Shown: positions 26,479 through 37,166 of the stretch, piece after piece | How the letters are laid out: each line of letters starts with the position of its first letter | Position numbering within the stretch: the first letter of the stretch is position 1 | Virus record (IMG/VR): IMGVR_UViG_3300005471_000014 | Location: 4,927-68,926 of that record | DNA length: 64,000 nt | Reading direction: 5' to 3' (one strand) | DNA from: a virus | The notes under the pieces: model-generated | Seen by the model: only the letters and a program-made list of their open reading frames with translations | Told to the model about the DNA's origin: nothing | Databases searched by the model: none | Program-made: the position numbers and the translations under genes

Positions 26479-28738
26479 CTTCATCCTCCGTGGCGAATGG
26501 GGCTGAATCCGGAGCATGCGGGTACGCTGCGTCGACCGCTTTCGGCGTCTGCTGCGCGCCGATGATTGTGGACAGCAGGATCGTGCGTTGAGTGGAGGGC
26601 CGCATCAGGAGCACGCGGCGCAGATGTCGCACTTTCGCCGGATCGAGAAGCGCATCGGCAATCGCGACGGTGCCGCGGTCGAGCGCTTCCTGTTCGGCCA
26701 AATCGATCACTTTCTTGCGAGGGGTCGAGAGCCATTTGAACGCGCTGGCGGCGCGCCCCTTCATCGCATTCGCGAATTCCGTGTCGTGTCGAGTGACCGA
26801 GCCGGCGACGGGCGTACTGCCCAAGCGCTTCGCGGCGTCCATCAGCTTCTCGAATGCATCAACCGAGTCCGGCGGCAACATCTCGCGCATGCGCAGGCGC
26901 TGCTGCGGGGTGTCGTATAGCTCGTTGCGAAACTTTCCGGGGACATTCACCTCGGCGCCGCTCTTCGTCTCGCGCTTCGCCGCGTTGAGGCTGTAGCCGA
27001 GCCACGAGCGCACGAGATCATTCCACGTCTGGGGGCTCTGCGCCTGAATCGCGCGCCGGGCGAGCGCAATCTGCGCGGGCGATACATTCTCATCGGAGAA
27101 GATTTGCGCGGCAGCGGTTGCGGCGTCTCGATCCTTGATTCGTGCCAGGACGCCGACCGGCCCATTTTCAAGCGGCGCAATCTGTGCGGCGTGCAGCGTC
27201 TTGTACTTCTCACGCGCAGCGGCGTACTCCGGGGTGATCTTGTCGAGCGCATCCACGAACGCATCGCGCTGGCGTTGTAGTGCGCCCGCAAGTTTCAGCT
27301 TCGGCTTCTCACCGCCGCGCAGCTCCTCGATCACGTCATCCAGTCCCTGTTTCATGTTATCGAGTGCGCGAAGGTCCGGCACCTGAATGCTCGCCTCGTC
27401 CGAGGCCGGGCTTGCTTTCATGCGGTAGAAGGCGCCCGTCTTTTCGCGGGTGAATTTCTGCGGCACTTTGGTCGTGACGTAGGGGGCCTCGTTCTCTTCC
27501 AGCTTTGCGATGATCTGGCCGCGTTTGAACGCTTCCGGGAAGTACGGCAGCTTCAGAAACTCCAAGATTTTGGGATCAGTCACGACGGGCATCTTGGCGT
27601 ATGCCGCCTCGTAGTCGGGACGGACTTTGTTACTCACCTCGCGCTTGGCAGTCATGATGGCGCGCTCCGCCGCGTTCGTGCCGGCGAGACCCGCGACATC
27701 AGCATTCTTCTCCGTCGCGATGGTATCGAGCACTCTGCGCGTGGCATCCTCGAATTGCCCGGCGCTCTTGAGATCATGCGTCTCGAACTTATCCGCCGCC
27801 TTGGTCGGCGAACGCGCGGCGAAGCCTCGCGCCGCGATCAGCCGGCGATTCCCCGCCGCCTGCGCAAGATCAAGATCGATGTCGAGGTCGGCTTTCGTTT
27901 GCTGGCGCACTTTCTCCGCGGCACGTAACTCACCCGGCGTCATGTCGATATAGCGACCCTTGTTGTAGAGGCCGATCGGCACGCGGCCCAACACATCGCC
28001 GCCGAGCGCCGTGACTCCTTCTACCGCGGTCGATTTGGCAAGCCCTACAGGGTCCAATGGCTCGTCGAAAATCTTGCTCGCGATGTACCGCTTCCCGGCA
28101 TGCATGGCCATGGCACCCGTAGGAGCGCCCCACCACGGCCCGGAGAGACTGCCCGCGATAGCGCCGGCTGTCTCCGGTGCGTTGGCGAGATTGCTCGCAC
28201 CGAATCGCGTCCAGCCCGAACTGAGCTGCTGCATGTCCCCGTTGTCGTCAACGTAGACTGGCTTGCCGTCGAAGAACCCGACCCGGTTGATGCCTTCAGG
28301 GTCCTTCGGGAACAGCGAATCGGCCATGATGCGGCGTTTGGTCAATTCGTCATCGACGAGGTCGATCTTCGCCGTCGTGCCGAACTTCTGAACCGGTGAC
28401 GGCGGGAGTGGAGGCTTGCGATATTGGAGATAGGGGTCCACGGCCTCGCGATCGAGCGCCAGTAGCTCGGGTTGGCCGTATACCTGATCCGGGTGCTCCG
28501 CTTCATACTTGCGGATCGCAGCCATGCGATCCGAATATTCCTGCTGCTTCTGAGCCTGAAACATCGCGGTCGCTTGTTCCTGCTTCGCCGTCGCAGACTC
28601 AATCGGCGTTTGCTTCTGAGCGAGGTAGGTCTGATATCGAGACCACAGTTGTTCCTGCGTAGTCCCCTCGGGCACATCGGGGATGACCGTCCCATCCGGC
28701 ATCGTGACGGCGAAGTGCTGTAGCTGCGGGCGTGGCAT
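26462..28738 (-). CDS. large internal virion / ejection protein
   Basis: 758-aa helical ORF at end of podovirus-like operon. Confidence 0.6.
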   Translation of the reverse strand: MPRPQLQHFAVTMPDGTVIPDVPEGTTQEQLWSRYQTYLAQKQTPIESATAKQEQATAMFQAQKQQEYSDRMAAIRKYEAEHPDQVYGQPELLALDREAVDPYLQYRKPPLPPSPVQKFGTTAKIDLVDDELTKRRIMADSLFPKDPEGINRVGFFDGKPVYVDDNGDMQQLSSGWTRFGASNLANAPETAGAIAGSLSGPWWGAPTGAMAMHAGKRYIASKIFDEPLDPVGLAKSTAVEGVTALGGDVLGRVPIGLYNKGRYIDMTPGELRAAEKVRQQTKADLDIDLDLAQAAGNRRLIAARGFAARSPTKAADKFETHDLKSAGQFEDATRRVLDTIATEKNADVAGLAGTNAAERAIMTAKREVSNKVRPDYEAAYAKMPVVTDPKILEFLKLPYFPEAFKRGQIIAKLEENEAPYVTTKVPQKFTREKTGAFYRMKASPASDEASIQVPDLRALDNMKQGLDDVIEELRGGEKPKLKLAGALQRQRDAFVDALDKITPEYAAAREKYKTLHAAQIAPLENGPVGVLARIKDRDAATAAAQIFSDENVSPAQIALARRAIQAQSPQTWNDLVRSWLGYSLNAAKRETKSGAEVNVPGKFRNELYDTPQQRLRMREMLPPDSVDAFEKLMDAAKRLGSTPVAGSVTRHDTEFANAMKGRAASAFKWLSTPRKKVIDLAEQEALDRGTVAIADALLDPAKVRHLRRVLLMRPSTQRTILLSTIIGAQQTPKAVDAAYPHAPDSAPFATEDEDAVAQ

Positions 28739-28745
28739 GGTGGGG

Positions 28746-30059
28746 TTACTGCTTCGGCAAGTTGTAAAACGAGACGGTGCCAGGGCTGATGGCCACTGCA
28801 TCATCACCGGATGGGATTGCGGGAACGGCTGGCGGCGGCGCGGCGCCCTCTTCAGTCGCCGCTGCTGCGGGGGGCGCTGAGACCGAGGCTGGTGCCGCCG
28901 TCTGTTTTTTGGGGAAGAGTGGATTGGCGCGACTCCATTCGTCCAGCTCATCAAAAAAGTCCTCGCTCATGTGCCCGTGCTTCTTGCGATAGGCGCGCGC
29001 CATGCGCGCGACATCTTGGTCACGCTGAGCGAGCTTGATCGCCGTCTCAATGATGAGGCGATTTCCCTCGGGCGTCTTGCCGATCCCCGGTGTCATGCTC
29101 TTGAGATATTCGCGGTCTGCATCGGACAGCGCGCCGGGCATGCCGGCACCACCGGCTGGATTGCGTAGCGTGAGAGCAATCTCGTTCGTGAGCGCTTCGG
29201 CTGCCTGCTTCGCGCCAAGCCGCTTGTCGAGTGTGATGCCGAAACTATCTGCCACCGCGGCGATGGTTGCGAATGTCGGAGTGAGCTTGCTCGTCTTCAT
29301 GCCTTCCATGAGGTTCGACAGCCGCTCGTACTTCGCGATCTGCGCATTGGCATCGATTCCCGACTGAAGCATGGTGTTGTAATGCTTCGCCATGCCTTCG
29401 CCGACGCCTTTTGACTCCGCGCTCTCCTCCTTCAAATTCACATTGGTGGAACTGGCCGCCGGCACCCACGCCTCAGAATTCCTCGCCTGCGGGCGAGCGC
29501 GCCAATACACCTTGCCATCGGCACCAATGACCCGATCGTTCGGCAGCGCCGCTTCTTTGGCAGCGAGCTGCGCACGGAGCTGCGCGAGTTGAAGTTGTGC
29601 CTGCCCCGTGCGTTCATCAAGCCCGGCCATGCTCGTGTCGATGCCGAGCAGTTCCTTTTGCCGAGCCTGCTCAAAAGCCTCCTTTTCGCGGAGCGGACCG
29701 GCGAGCGCTTCAGATACGTTCCCGAAGGTCTCGCCGATGCTCCCGGTCCGCGTTGACTTTCCGAGGGCCGACGAAATGGCGAGCAGCGGCAATGCGCTGC
29801 TGTAGCGACGCGCCACGATCTGCGCGCGGGCTTTCGCGAGTGCCGCGCGGGCCTGCTTGGAACTTCTCGCCATAGTGGCGAATGCTTCCGCGGCGCCGGG
29901 GATATCGAGTGCCTTCAGCCCGCCCGACGCGGAGACGCTGCCCATCGGTGGCGAGTCGGCGCTGTAGTCGTCGCTGCCCGCCTGTAGGGTCTCGTCACCA
30001 CCTTGAGTCGTCTCGTCATCATCATCGGCGAGCCCGAGCGGGCTTTGCGGAGTTTCCAT
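28746..30059 (-). CDS. internal virion / ejection protein
   Basis: Ala-rich helical ORF in ejection cluster. Confidence 0.55.
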   Translation of the reverse strand: METPQSPLGLADDDDETTQGGDETLQAGSDDYSADSPPMGSVSASGGLKALDIPGAAEAFATMARSSKQARAALAKARAQIVARRYSSALPLLAISSALGKSTRTGSIGETFGNVSEALAGPLREKEAFEQARQKELLGIDTSMAGLDERTGQAQLQLAQLRAQLAAKEAALPNDRVIGADGKVYWRARPQARNSEAWVPAASSTNVNLKEESAESKGVGEGMAKHYNTMLQSGIDANAQIAKYERLSNLMEGMKTSKLTPTFATIAAVADSFGITLDKRLGAKQAAEALTNEIALTLRNPAGGAGMPGALSDADREYLKSMTPGIGKTPEGNRLIIETAIKLAQRDQDVARMARAYRKKHGHMSEDFFDELDEWSRANPLFPKKQTAAPASVSAPPAAAATEEGAAPPPAVPAIPSGDDAVAISPGTVSFYNLPKQ

Positions 30060-30065
30060 GAGTTG

Positions 30066-31121
30066 TTATGGCCCCTCCTCGTCAGTGGGCGAGGATTCAT
30101 CACTGGATTTGGACGTGTTCCAGTCCTTGAAAATTTTCGCCAGCCCCGCGATCCCAGTTGCCGCCGACCCAATCTGCGCAAGGGGCGATGGCCCGACAGC
30201 GCTCGCTGGTCCGGTTGCGGTCGTCGTTGAGGATACGGGCGCCGGCATTCCCCGGATCACAGACGACAACCAGTCCACGGTTTGTCGCGGATATTGGGTC
30301 TGTTTCAGGAAGTCCTGATACGCAAGGTCGAGATTCGCCTGCTGCTGCTGTTGCTGCTTCGTCCCGATCGTATCGAGCGCGGAGGCGCCGGTGATTCCAA
30401 GTTGCTGTTGCATCTGACCGAGCGCGCCGAGTTGCTGGCCGGCGGCCAGCTTCGCGCTCTGATCCTGTGTGCCGAGTTGCCCGGCGAGCTGCGCGACGCC
30501 GAGCTGGCGCGATTGATCCTGCCCGAACATTTGGCCCGCATTCGTGTACGCGGTGGAGAGCGCGGAGTTCGCGTTACTCTGCAATCCCTCCGTGATGTCG
30601 CGCGCCGCTCGATTGGCTTCGCGCTCGTGAGCCGAGGAACCATACTGTCCCGCCGCCGTGAATTTGTTGGTGAGCGATGGGTCGAGGGATTCGTCGTAGA
30701 ACCGGCGCGCTTCGAGCTTCGAGCGATCAATCACGTTCTGCACGTACGGGTCCATGTACTGCGAGACTGCACCGGGGAAATTCTGCGCTGCCTGCGTCAT
30801 GTACGGCTGTGCGGTCGCGAGCCCCCCCGCCCCTGGTGCCGTCGCGCTCTCAGTGAGCCCGAGCGCTTGGGCGAGCGGAGCTTGATACGAGTTCGCCGCT
30901 GTCCGCGTCATCGCGAACGCGTTCTCGGTATCGGGCGAGAATCCCGCGAGACGCGGACCGCCGTATGCTTGATAGGGTTCAGCCGCGATCGTGTTGGCGC
31001 GTGCGATCAAGCCCTTGTTGTAGTCCTCCATCCAGGCCGGGATGTTTGAGGAGCTAGAGCCGTACGTGGTGACGGACGGAGGTGGCTTGCCTTCAAAAAG
31101 AAACGATGCAACGCCGCCCAT
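30066..31121 (-). CDS. DNA injection (pilot-like) protein
   Basis: Q/A/G-rich, PYQAYGGPRLAGFS, hydrophobic GxxxG C-terminus. Confidence 0.6.
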   Translation of the reverse strand: MGGVASFLFEGKPPPSVTTYGSSSSNIPAWMEDYNKGLIARANTIAAEPYQAYGGPRLAGFSPDTENAFAMTRTAANSYQAPLAQALGLTESATAPGAGGLATAQPYMTQAAQNFPGAVSQYMDPYVQNVIDRSKLEARRFYDESLDPSLTNKFTAAGQYGSSAHEREANRAARDITEGLQSNANSALSTAYTNAGQMFGQDQSRQLGVAQLAGQLGTQDQSAKLAAGQQLGALGQMQQQLGITGASALDTIGTKQQQQQQANLDLAYQDFLKQTQYPRQTVDWLSSVIRGMPAPVSSTTTATGPASAVGPSPLAQIGSAATGIAGLAKIFKDWNTSKSSDESSPTDEEGP

Positions 31122-32989
31122 CAGCGTCCTCCCCGCAGGTATTGCATTGGCGCCTTTGCGTTCGGTGAAATTTTTCCGCGAGCGAGTGCGGTGCCTTTGT
31201 GCTTGCGAAGCTGCTGACGAAATTCATCGAGGCGCTGTGCGCCTGCTTCGTTCGAGCCATCACCGAGGAGCGCGACATCTTCGGCGGTCAAGACGTACTC
31301 GCCGTCCGAGAGCTGCGCAGGAATCGAATCGCTGCGACCGGTCCCCGGTCCTCTGACGTGCTGCGAAGAGATCGCAGCAAGTCCGCCACGCGCCTTGCCC
31401 AAGCCGAGATAGGAAGCGACCGGATGCGCACTGTTCGGTCCCGATCCCGTGATGACGCCCCAATCCACCGGCGAGCCGGAGATGTAGCGATTCACGAGAT
31501 CGGAGGTCATCGCACGCTGATCGGCTTGCCACTCCTGCGGGATATCTGTGCGCCAGCCGCCGAAATCGGATTGGAACCACGGATCGATGACCTTACTCAT
31601 CACATCCTGAGTGGTGGCGCCTTTGCCGATTGCGCCGCTCGTGTATGCCGCATTGATCTTGTCCGCCATGTCGGCGATGAATTTGTCTTCATCCTTCTTG
31701 CCGTACTTGCCACTGCTGCGCGGAGCGAACGCGCTGTGGCTGCCGCGAAACTCGCCGGCCACGGCTTGATAAAAACTCTTTGGGTCTACCTGCTGAGAGG
31801 TGTCGTAGTTGCCGGTTTTTGGATCGAGCAAGTCGTAATACTTGTCGCGGACCTTTTCCTCCGCGTAGTCCTTGCCGTGGATCGCGGCGCCCGCGGCGCC
31901 AACTAGGCCACCGATCACTGCACCGAGAGCAGTCCCGATGCCGGGAACGATGCTGCCAATCGAAGCACCTGTTGCCGCGCCAGACAGCGCCGCGCTCTTT
32001 TTGTCTCCTGCTTGAATTGATTTCAGCGTGCCGTATCCGCCGGTGATGGCACCGAGCACCGGGACCGCTTGTGCAACGGTGCTGCCACCAACGCCGGCTG
32101 CGCCGGCAATTTGCGCCGCGCCCGTGCCGGCCTGCGCGTATCCCTGCACGCCTCCCTGCTTCAATCCGCCGTAGATATTTAGAGCCCCGCCGACACCACC
32201 GAGCGCGCGTGATGCCGTCGAGGGACCGGCCTTAGTGACTGCACCAGTCGCTCCCGCTCCCGAATCGATGACGTTGCCGGCTTCGTCGAACTGAAGTGGT
32301 GGCGCGCCGGAGCCACTGAAGCCCGCTTCGGTCAGTGCATCACTCGTCGCCTTGCCCGATGCGAAGTCCGCCATGCTCGGCGAATTCATCGAGTTGTATA
32401 GCTTCAGGCCGCTCTTCGCTGCGCCCACATAGTTGCCGCTCGCAAGCTTGCCGGCCGTGCTCGCTCCCTGTGTGATGGCATTGTCATAGCCGAGCACCTT
32501 CGCGAGCGCTGCGCCACCTGTGAGAACGGAGCCCACGCCCGCCAAGTTGTTCGCGGAGGAGCCAGCACTTTGCGTCGTCGGTCCGGTTGGCGTTTCCGGG
32601 AGGTGCACGTAATCCGGTTGCGACGGCGTCACGTTCTGTGAATAGAACTGCTGCTCCGGACCCGCACCGTAGGTGTAGTAGTCGGGAGTGATCGCGGTCC
32701 GCGAACGGAAGAGGTCCGCCTCTGCTGAGCCGCCATCGGCCATGCGCTTCAGCGAGCCAGGCGCGAAGCCATACTCGGCGGCGCCTGTCTGTGCATTCAT
32801 TCGCGGCGCGCCCCATCGAGCGCGAAGCTGCGCCATCTCGGGCGCGGACAAATGCATCATCATCTCGCGCGCCGGCATTGTTCGCGCAAGGCCACCCCTT
32901 GCGTACGGTCCACATTCATAGAGCCGAACGGCGTGCACGGGGCCACCTCGCGCGAGCGTCGGGCTGCGCAGGATCGTGGTCGAATTCAT
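31121..32989 (-). CDS. internal virion protein with Gly-zipper
   Basis: GAATGASIGSIVPGIGTALGAVIGG zipper; C-terminal GPGTGRSDSIPAQLSDGEYV. Confidence 0.6.
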   Translation of the reverse strand: MNSTTILRSPTLARGGPVHAVRLYECGPYARGGLARTMPAREMMMHLSAPEMAQLRARWGAPRMNAQTGAAEYGFAPGSLKRMADGGSAEADLFRSRTAITPDYYTYGAGPEQQFYSQNVTPSQPDYVHLPETPTGPTTQSAGSSANNLAGVGSVLTGGAALAKVLGYDNAITQGASTAGKLASGNYVGAAKSGLKLYNSMNSPSMADFASGKATSDALTEAGFSGSGAPPLQFDEAGNVIDSGAGATGAVTKAGPSTASRALGGVGGALNIYGGLKQGGVQGYAQAGTGAAQIAGAAGVGGSTVAQAVPVLGAITGGYGTLKSIQAGDKKSAALSGAATGASIGSIVPGIGTALGAVIGGLVGAAGAAIHGKDYAEEKVRDKYYDLLDPKTGNYDTSQQVDPKSFYQAVAGEFRGSHSAFAPRSSGKYGKKDEDKFIADMADKINAAYTSGAIGKGATTQDVMSKVIDPWFQSDFGGWRTDIPQEWQADQRAMTSDLVNRYISGSPVDWGVITGSGPNSAHPVASYLGLGKARGGLAAISSQHVRGPGTGRSDSIPAQLSDGEYVLTAEDVALLGDGSNEAGAQRLDEFRQQLRKHKGTALARGKISPNAKAPMQYLRGGR

Positions 32990-32995
32990 TGGGAC

Positions 32996-33232
32996 CTATG
33001 TCGGGAGTACGACGGTCTGGTTGAATCGTTCGGCCCACTCGCGCCAGTCGGAGAACTGGAACGGGTTTGGCGGACTAAAGGCGGCGATGCGTGGTGACTG
33101 GCAGACCGTCAGCGCCCACGTCCGCCAGCTCAGCGGATCATCGAGGCGCGGGGGCTGGCTGAAACCGATCAGCTCGTTTGTCATGAAGTCTGTCCACTGC
33201 ATGACACTGAGCCCGCGCGGATCGAGGATCAT
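32996..33232 (-). CDS. small virion protein
   Basis: coupled Trp-rich ORF. Confidence 0.6.
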   Translation of the reverse strand: MILDPRGLSVMQWTDFMTNELIGFSQPPRLDDPLSWRTWALTVCQSPRIAAFSPPNPFQFSDWREWAERFNQTVVLPT

Positions 33233-34746
33233 TGGGTAATGCGACCGTCCGCCGGTTCGACGTGCGCGATACATTGACCCATTTGAAAGTCACCATTCAC
33301 CGCATTGGAGGTGAACTTGAAGCGCATGAGCCGACGCACTTCCTTCAGATTCACAATCTGATTGCTCGCGTTGGTTGCGACATCGGGGAATGTAAAGGTC
33401 TCGCCGGGGTCCTCCGGCGCGCGTGCATTGGCGCGGCCCGTGACCACGACCGACATATCGCCGCTTTGAACGAAGTCAGGCTCGATGCGCGCGCAGCGCA
33501 GACTCTTGTTCACGGGCTGTTGCCCCGTGAGCATCGTGATGTCGGCGGTCGTGATGAATGCGGGCACGGGCTCGACGATCGGACCGTTGATCGCATCCAC
33601 TCCGGTTTCATGTTGCCAAAGTGTGTACCCAGTCGCCGTCGCGTCCACGTCCATCATGAGGGGTTTGCTGTAGACCTTCGCGTAGATACCTGCGGAGCGC
33701 CCGCTATTGGGTAGCTGTGTGTCGTACCAACTTCCCTCACGCACGTTGAGCACGACGGCATGCGTGCATTCGGTCGCCGAGTCTCGCGGATAACACCACC
33801 AGATTTCGCCCCAGCGCGGAACCTTGATCGCGAACACTTTTTGGCGCCAGGCGTAATTCAAGTGATCGAAGAACCAGTTCTGGTTGAACGAATTTGGGAC
33901 TTCGCGGACCACACCATTGAAGGACAAAAACCGATCGACGCCCGCCCAGTAATACACGCCGTCGTATTCGATGACACTCTGTGAGGAGAGGATCGAGGAC
34001 TCAGAGGAAATCGTATCGAAGCTAAACGGAACGCCGCTCAGAATGCTGGAATTGAACGACATACGGACAAGTGAATCGAGTGACCACAGAAGCCCCGCCG
34101 GTCCACTGCCGCCACCTCGAAGCGGTAGGCCCCGCACGATCTTCTGCCCCGTAACGAACGCCGCATCCGGCGGGGTCGTCACATCGTTTGCCGGAGAGAC
34201 ATCGACTCGGCCGCCGTTGCCGTAACTGACGAGAAACGGCGAGAGCACCATGACTCCACCACTCTGCGGGTCCATGGCAGTCGCGACGAGTGCGGCGGTT
34301 CCGGTTACATCTCCGTAGTAGATCGCGGTTTCCGTATCGCTGCTGATGTCATCGAGATTCAGCGCAGCGTGCGCGACGAGAATCGTATCCGTAGCCGACA
34401 CGTTGTTGTTCATCGCGTCGAACTGCCAGAGATTGTTCGCATCGAGCGGGAACGCGGCCGGTGTGCGATTGTGAAGACCGATCAGAATGCCGGCGGAATC
34501 CACTTGCGCCTGCTGCAGCATGCTCTGACTACCGACGTGTACGTACTGCACGGCGTTCTGCGAATACGAACTCATGCCGTACACGCGCTCGGTGAAGGTG
34601 GAACTGATTCCGCGATAGCCGCCGATTTTGCGAGGCAGCCCACGGCTGAAGCGACACCATTGTCCGTCCGTGTAGTTGTTGCCCTCGAATTCGGTACCAT
34701 CGCGTTTGATACCCGGATCACTGCGAATGACGATCGGGCTTTCCAT
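33229..34746 (-). CDS. tail nozzle / stabilisation protein (P22 gp10-like position)
   Basis: beta-rich 505 aa, EIWWCYP motif, precedes ejection genes. Confidence 0.6.
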   Translation of the reverse strand: MESPIVIRSDPGIKRDGTEFEGNNYTDGQWCRFSRGLPRKIGGYRGISSTFTERVYGMSSYSQNAVQYVHVGSQSMLQQAQVDSAGILIGLHNRTPAAFPLDANNLWQFDAMNNNVSATDTILVAHAALNLDDISSDTETAIYYGDVTGTAALVATAMDPQSGGVMVLSPFLVSYGNGGRVDVSPANDVTTPPDAAFVTGQKIVRGLPLRGGGSGPAGLLWSLDSLVRMSFNSSILSGVPFSFDTISSESSILSSQSVIEYDGVYYWAGVDRFLSFNGVVREVPNSFNQNWFFDHLNYAWRQKVFAIKVPRWGEIWWCYPRDSATECTHAVVLNVREGSWYDTQLPNSGRSAGIYAKVYSKPLMMDVDATATGYTLWQHETGVDAINGPIVEPVPAFITTADITMLTGQQPVNKSLRCARIEPDFVQSGDMSVVVTGRANARAPEDPGETFTFPDVATNASNQIVNLKEVRRLMRFKFTSNAVNGDFQMGQCIAHVEPADGRITQ

Positions 34747-37166
34747 CAGCTCACGGCCCCCTTCACATGGGGCGAGGCGTTGCCGCTGATGAAGTTCACC
34801 GTGCCGCTGTTGATGTTGAGAGCCTTGCCGGCGAGACCCGCGAAGCCAGATGCAATGTCGATCGACTGTCCCGTGGGCGCGGTTCCATTGGTTCCGGCGA
34901 TGCCGAAGTCACCACCGTTTCCGCCCGCTCCGCCCGTTGCTGATCCCGCCTGCGCCCCTGCGCCGCCTGTTCCCTTCGAGTCAGAGCCGTCATAGAACAG
35001 CGCGCCGTTCTGTCCATAGCCACCGGCAGATGGCGTCACGCCTTCCGCGTACACGAGTGCACCCGGCACGCCGCCTGGACCGCAGCCGGCACCACCGCCA
35101 CCACCGCCACCGTTCGCGACGTTCGCTCCATCGTCGAGGCTGATTCCGCCGCCACCGCCGCCACCGCCGCCACCCCAAATGAACCCGGCGGCGTTGGTGA
35201 TGTTGATCGTGTTGCCCGATCCGACACCTTGAATCGCCGTGCCACCATCTTGACCATCGGTGCCGGCGTAGCCGATGTTGTCATTGCCTACTGCTTGTCC
35301 GAAGCCTCCGTTACCGCCTCTACCGCCGCAGCCAATGATGTAGCCGAGGTTCGTGAGATTGAGCGTGGAGCCCGACGGCAAACCCGACAAATCCATGGCA
35401 TACGATCGATTGCCCGATGAACGGAAAATTGCGCCTACAGGGATGTTGATCGTGAATGTCCCTGGCGCACCGGGCGTCCCGCCGAGTGCGACGATCAAAT
35501 TGAAATCCCAGTACGTCCCGGCGCTGAATGAGATCGTGCCGCCGCTCGCTGCGCCGGGTGCTGCCCATACCTCGTCGCCACGCCAGAACGTGGTCGCACT
35601 CGCATTCGTTCCAGAGTTCAGTCTCGTGACCGGCAAGTTGCCCGTCACACCGGTCGAGAGAGAGACTTGATCCCAATTCGGGTTGTTGCTGGCACCAGTG
35701 TTTGCGAGGTAGCGCGTGGCGCTCGTGTTTTTTGCAAGTGTGGAGAGCGTGTTGAGCGCTGAGCCATACAGGAGATCGCCTTGCGCTATCGTCGTGAGCC
35801 CGGTGCCGCCCTGGGGAACCGTCACTACCGCGTTGGTGGTGAGGATCGTCGTCGTCGCATTCGGCAACGTGTATGTTTTGATACTGCCGGCAGGACCCGT
35901 GAACAGCGTGAACGCGTTGCCCGTGCCCCCGTTGCCCGCTGGCAGGATTCCGGTTACGCCATTGGTCAATTCAACTTGAGCCCAGGCCGGATTGTTTGAC
36001 GTGCCCGTGTTCGCGAGATAGCGCGTCGCGGTTGTATTTTTTGAGAGCAGCGAATACGTGTCCGCGGCCGAGCCGTAGAGCAACTGTCCTTGCGCGACGG
36101 TAATGAGTCCCGTGCCCCCCTGCGTGACAACGACCGGCGTGCTGACGATGAACGTCTCTGCGTGAATGACATTCGTTCCGTCACAGTAAAGAATCGTCCG
36201 CTGTCCCTGCGGTACGACAATGCCGGTCCCGCTCGCCGTCTTGACGGTCAGCGAGAATGCCCCCGTGGTGTCATTCGACACCCAATACTGCTGCACGGCC
36301 GCCGGCACGATGATGTTTCGGTTGCCGGTGAGAATGCCGATGAAGTCGTAGGCGATGCGATTGAGTTCAGCGCCCGTGAGCGTGTAGTCGCCAGTGCCAC
36401 TCACGTTGATGACAATGAAATCGAAAACGGAGTTTGTGGCCTGACCGAGTCCGACCGTGAAGTAGTTACTACCATCGCTGTAGACGAACGCGCTTTCGTC
36501 CACACCGAAAATCAGCGAGGCGCTGCCATCGAGCGTGCCCGAGGACGGCGTGACGGTGAGACTTCCTGTGCCTGCATTCTTCACCGCGACATACCAATCC
36601 GCGCCCACGGATGCAGGGGTGGGCAGCGTGAAGGTGCCGAGTGCGCCGGTCCATTCCTGAACGGTCGCGCGATCGGCGTTCAAGATCGCATAGTTGACGG
36701 TGTGCGCGACAGGCAGCAGCTTCGTATTCAGGGTCGTTGTGATCGCCTTCAACCCGGACCCGGCGAGAGCCGCTGCGTTGGCGGTCGATGTTCCTGCGCC
36801 CTGCTCGAAGATGTCCCAGGTTCCGGCCGCCGTGGAGTTGTCGTTCAGGTAGATCGTCCACACTTCGCCCGAGGCGACAGTCAGGATCGTGCCGCCAGCG
36901 TTGTCGAGGATCGTGACGGTATCGGCTTCTTTGTTGTTGAAGCTCGTCGTGTACCCGGTCGAAACTTCTCTTGCGTCGGCGAGCGTGACACTCAGGCCCG
37001 CACCTGCGGGATGCAGGTTGATGATCTTTGCGACAATGTTGTCGCCCGCCACCGCTTGCTCGATGGGCCATACAAGCGACACATCCGTCGCAAATACGAG
37101 CGACAGAAAAGTTGGCTCGGCGGGGTAAATGGTGCCCCCGCCGAAGATTTCGGTGTACGTGGTCAT
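34746..37166 (-). CDS. tail fibre / receptor-binding protein
   Basis: Thr/Gly-rich beta protein, two GGTG-QGDLLY-type modules, poly-Gly C-terminal domain. Confidence 0.7.
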   Translation of the reverse strand: MTTYTEIFGGGTIYPAEPTFLSLVFATDVSLVWPIEQAVAGDNIVAKIINLHPAGAGLSVTLADAREVSTGYTTSFNNKEADTVTILDNAGGTILTVASGEVWTIYLNDNSTAAGTWDIFEQGAGTSTANAAALAGSGLKAITTTLNTKLLPVAHTVNYAILNADRATVQEWTGALGTFTLPTPASVGADWYVAVKNAGTGSLTVTPSSGTLDGSASLIFGVDESAFVYSDGSNYFTVGLGQATNSVFDFIVINVSGTGDYTLTGAELNRIAYDFIGILTGNRNIIVPAAVQQYWVSNDTTGAFSLTVKTASGTGIVVPQGQRTILYCDGTNVIHAETFIVSTPVVVTQGGTGLITVAQGQLLYGSAADTYSLLSKNTTATRYLANTGTSNNPAWAQVELTNGVTGILPAGNGGTGNAFTLFTGPAGSIKTYTLPNATTTILTTNAVVTVPQGGTGLTTIAQGDLLYGSALNTLSTLAKNTSATRYLANTGASNNPNWDQVSLSTGVTGNLPVTRLNSGTNASATTFWRGDEVWAAPGAASGGTISFSAGTYWDFNLIVALGGTPGAPGTFTINIPVGAIFRSSGNRSYAMDLSGLPSGSTLNLTNLGYIIGCGGRGGNGGFGQAVGNDNIGYAGTDGQDGGTAIQGVGSGNTINITNAAGFIWGGGGGGGGGGISLDDGANVANGGGGGGGAGCGPGGVPGALVYAEGVTPSAGGYGQNGALFYDGSDSKGTGGAGAQAGSATGGAGGNGGDFGIAGTNGTAPTGQSIDIASGFAGLAGKALNINSGTVNFISGNASPHVKGAVS

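Noticed and set aside
26462-32989. Tape measure protein
   Set aside because: No tail tube, sheath or chaperone genes recognised; gene sizes and order fit podovirus ejection proteins.
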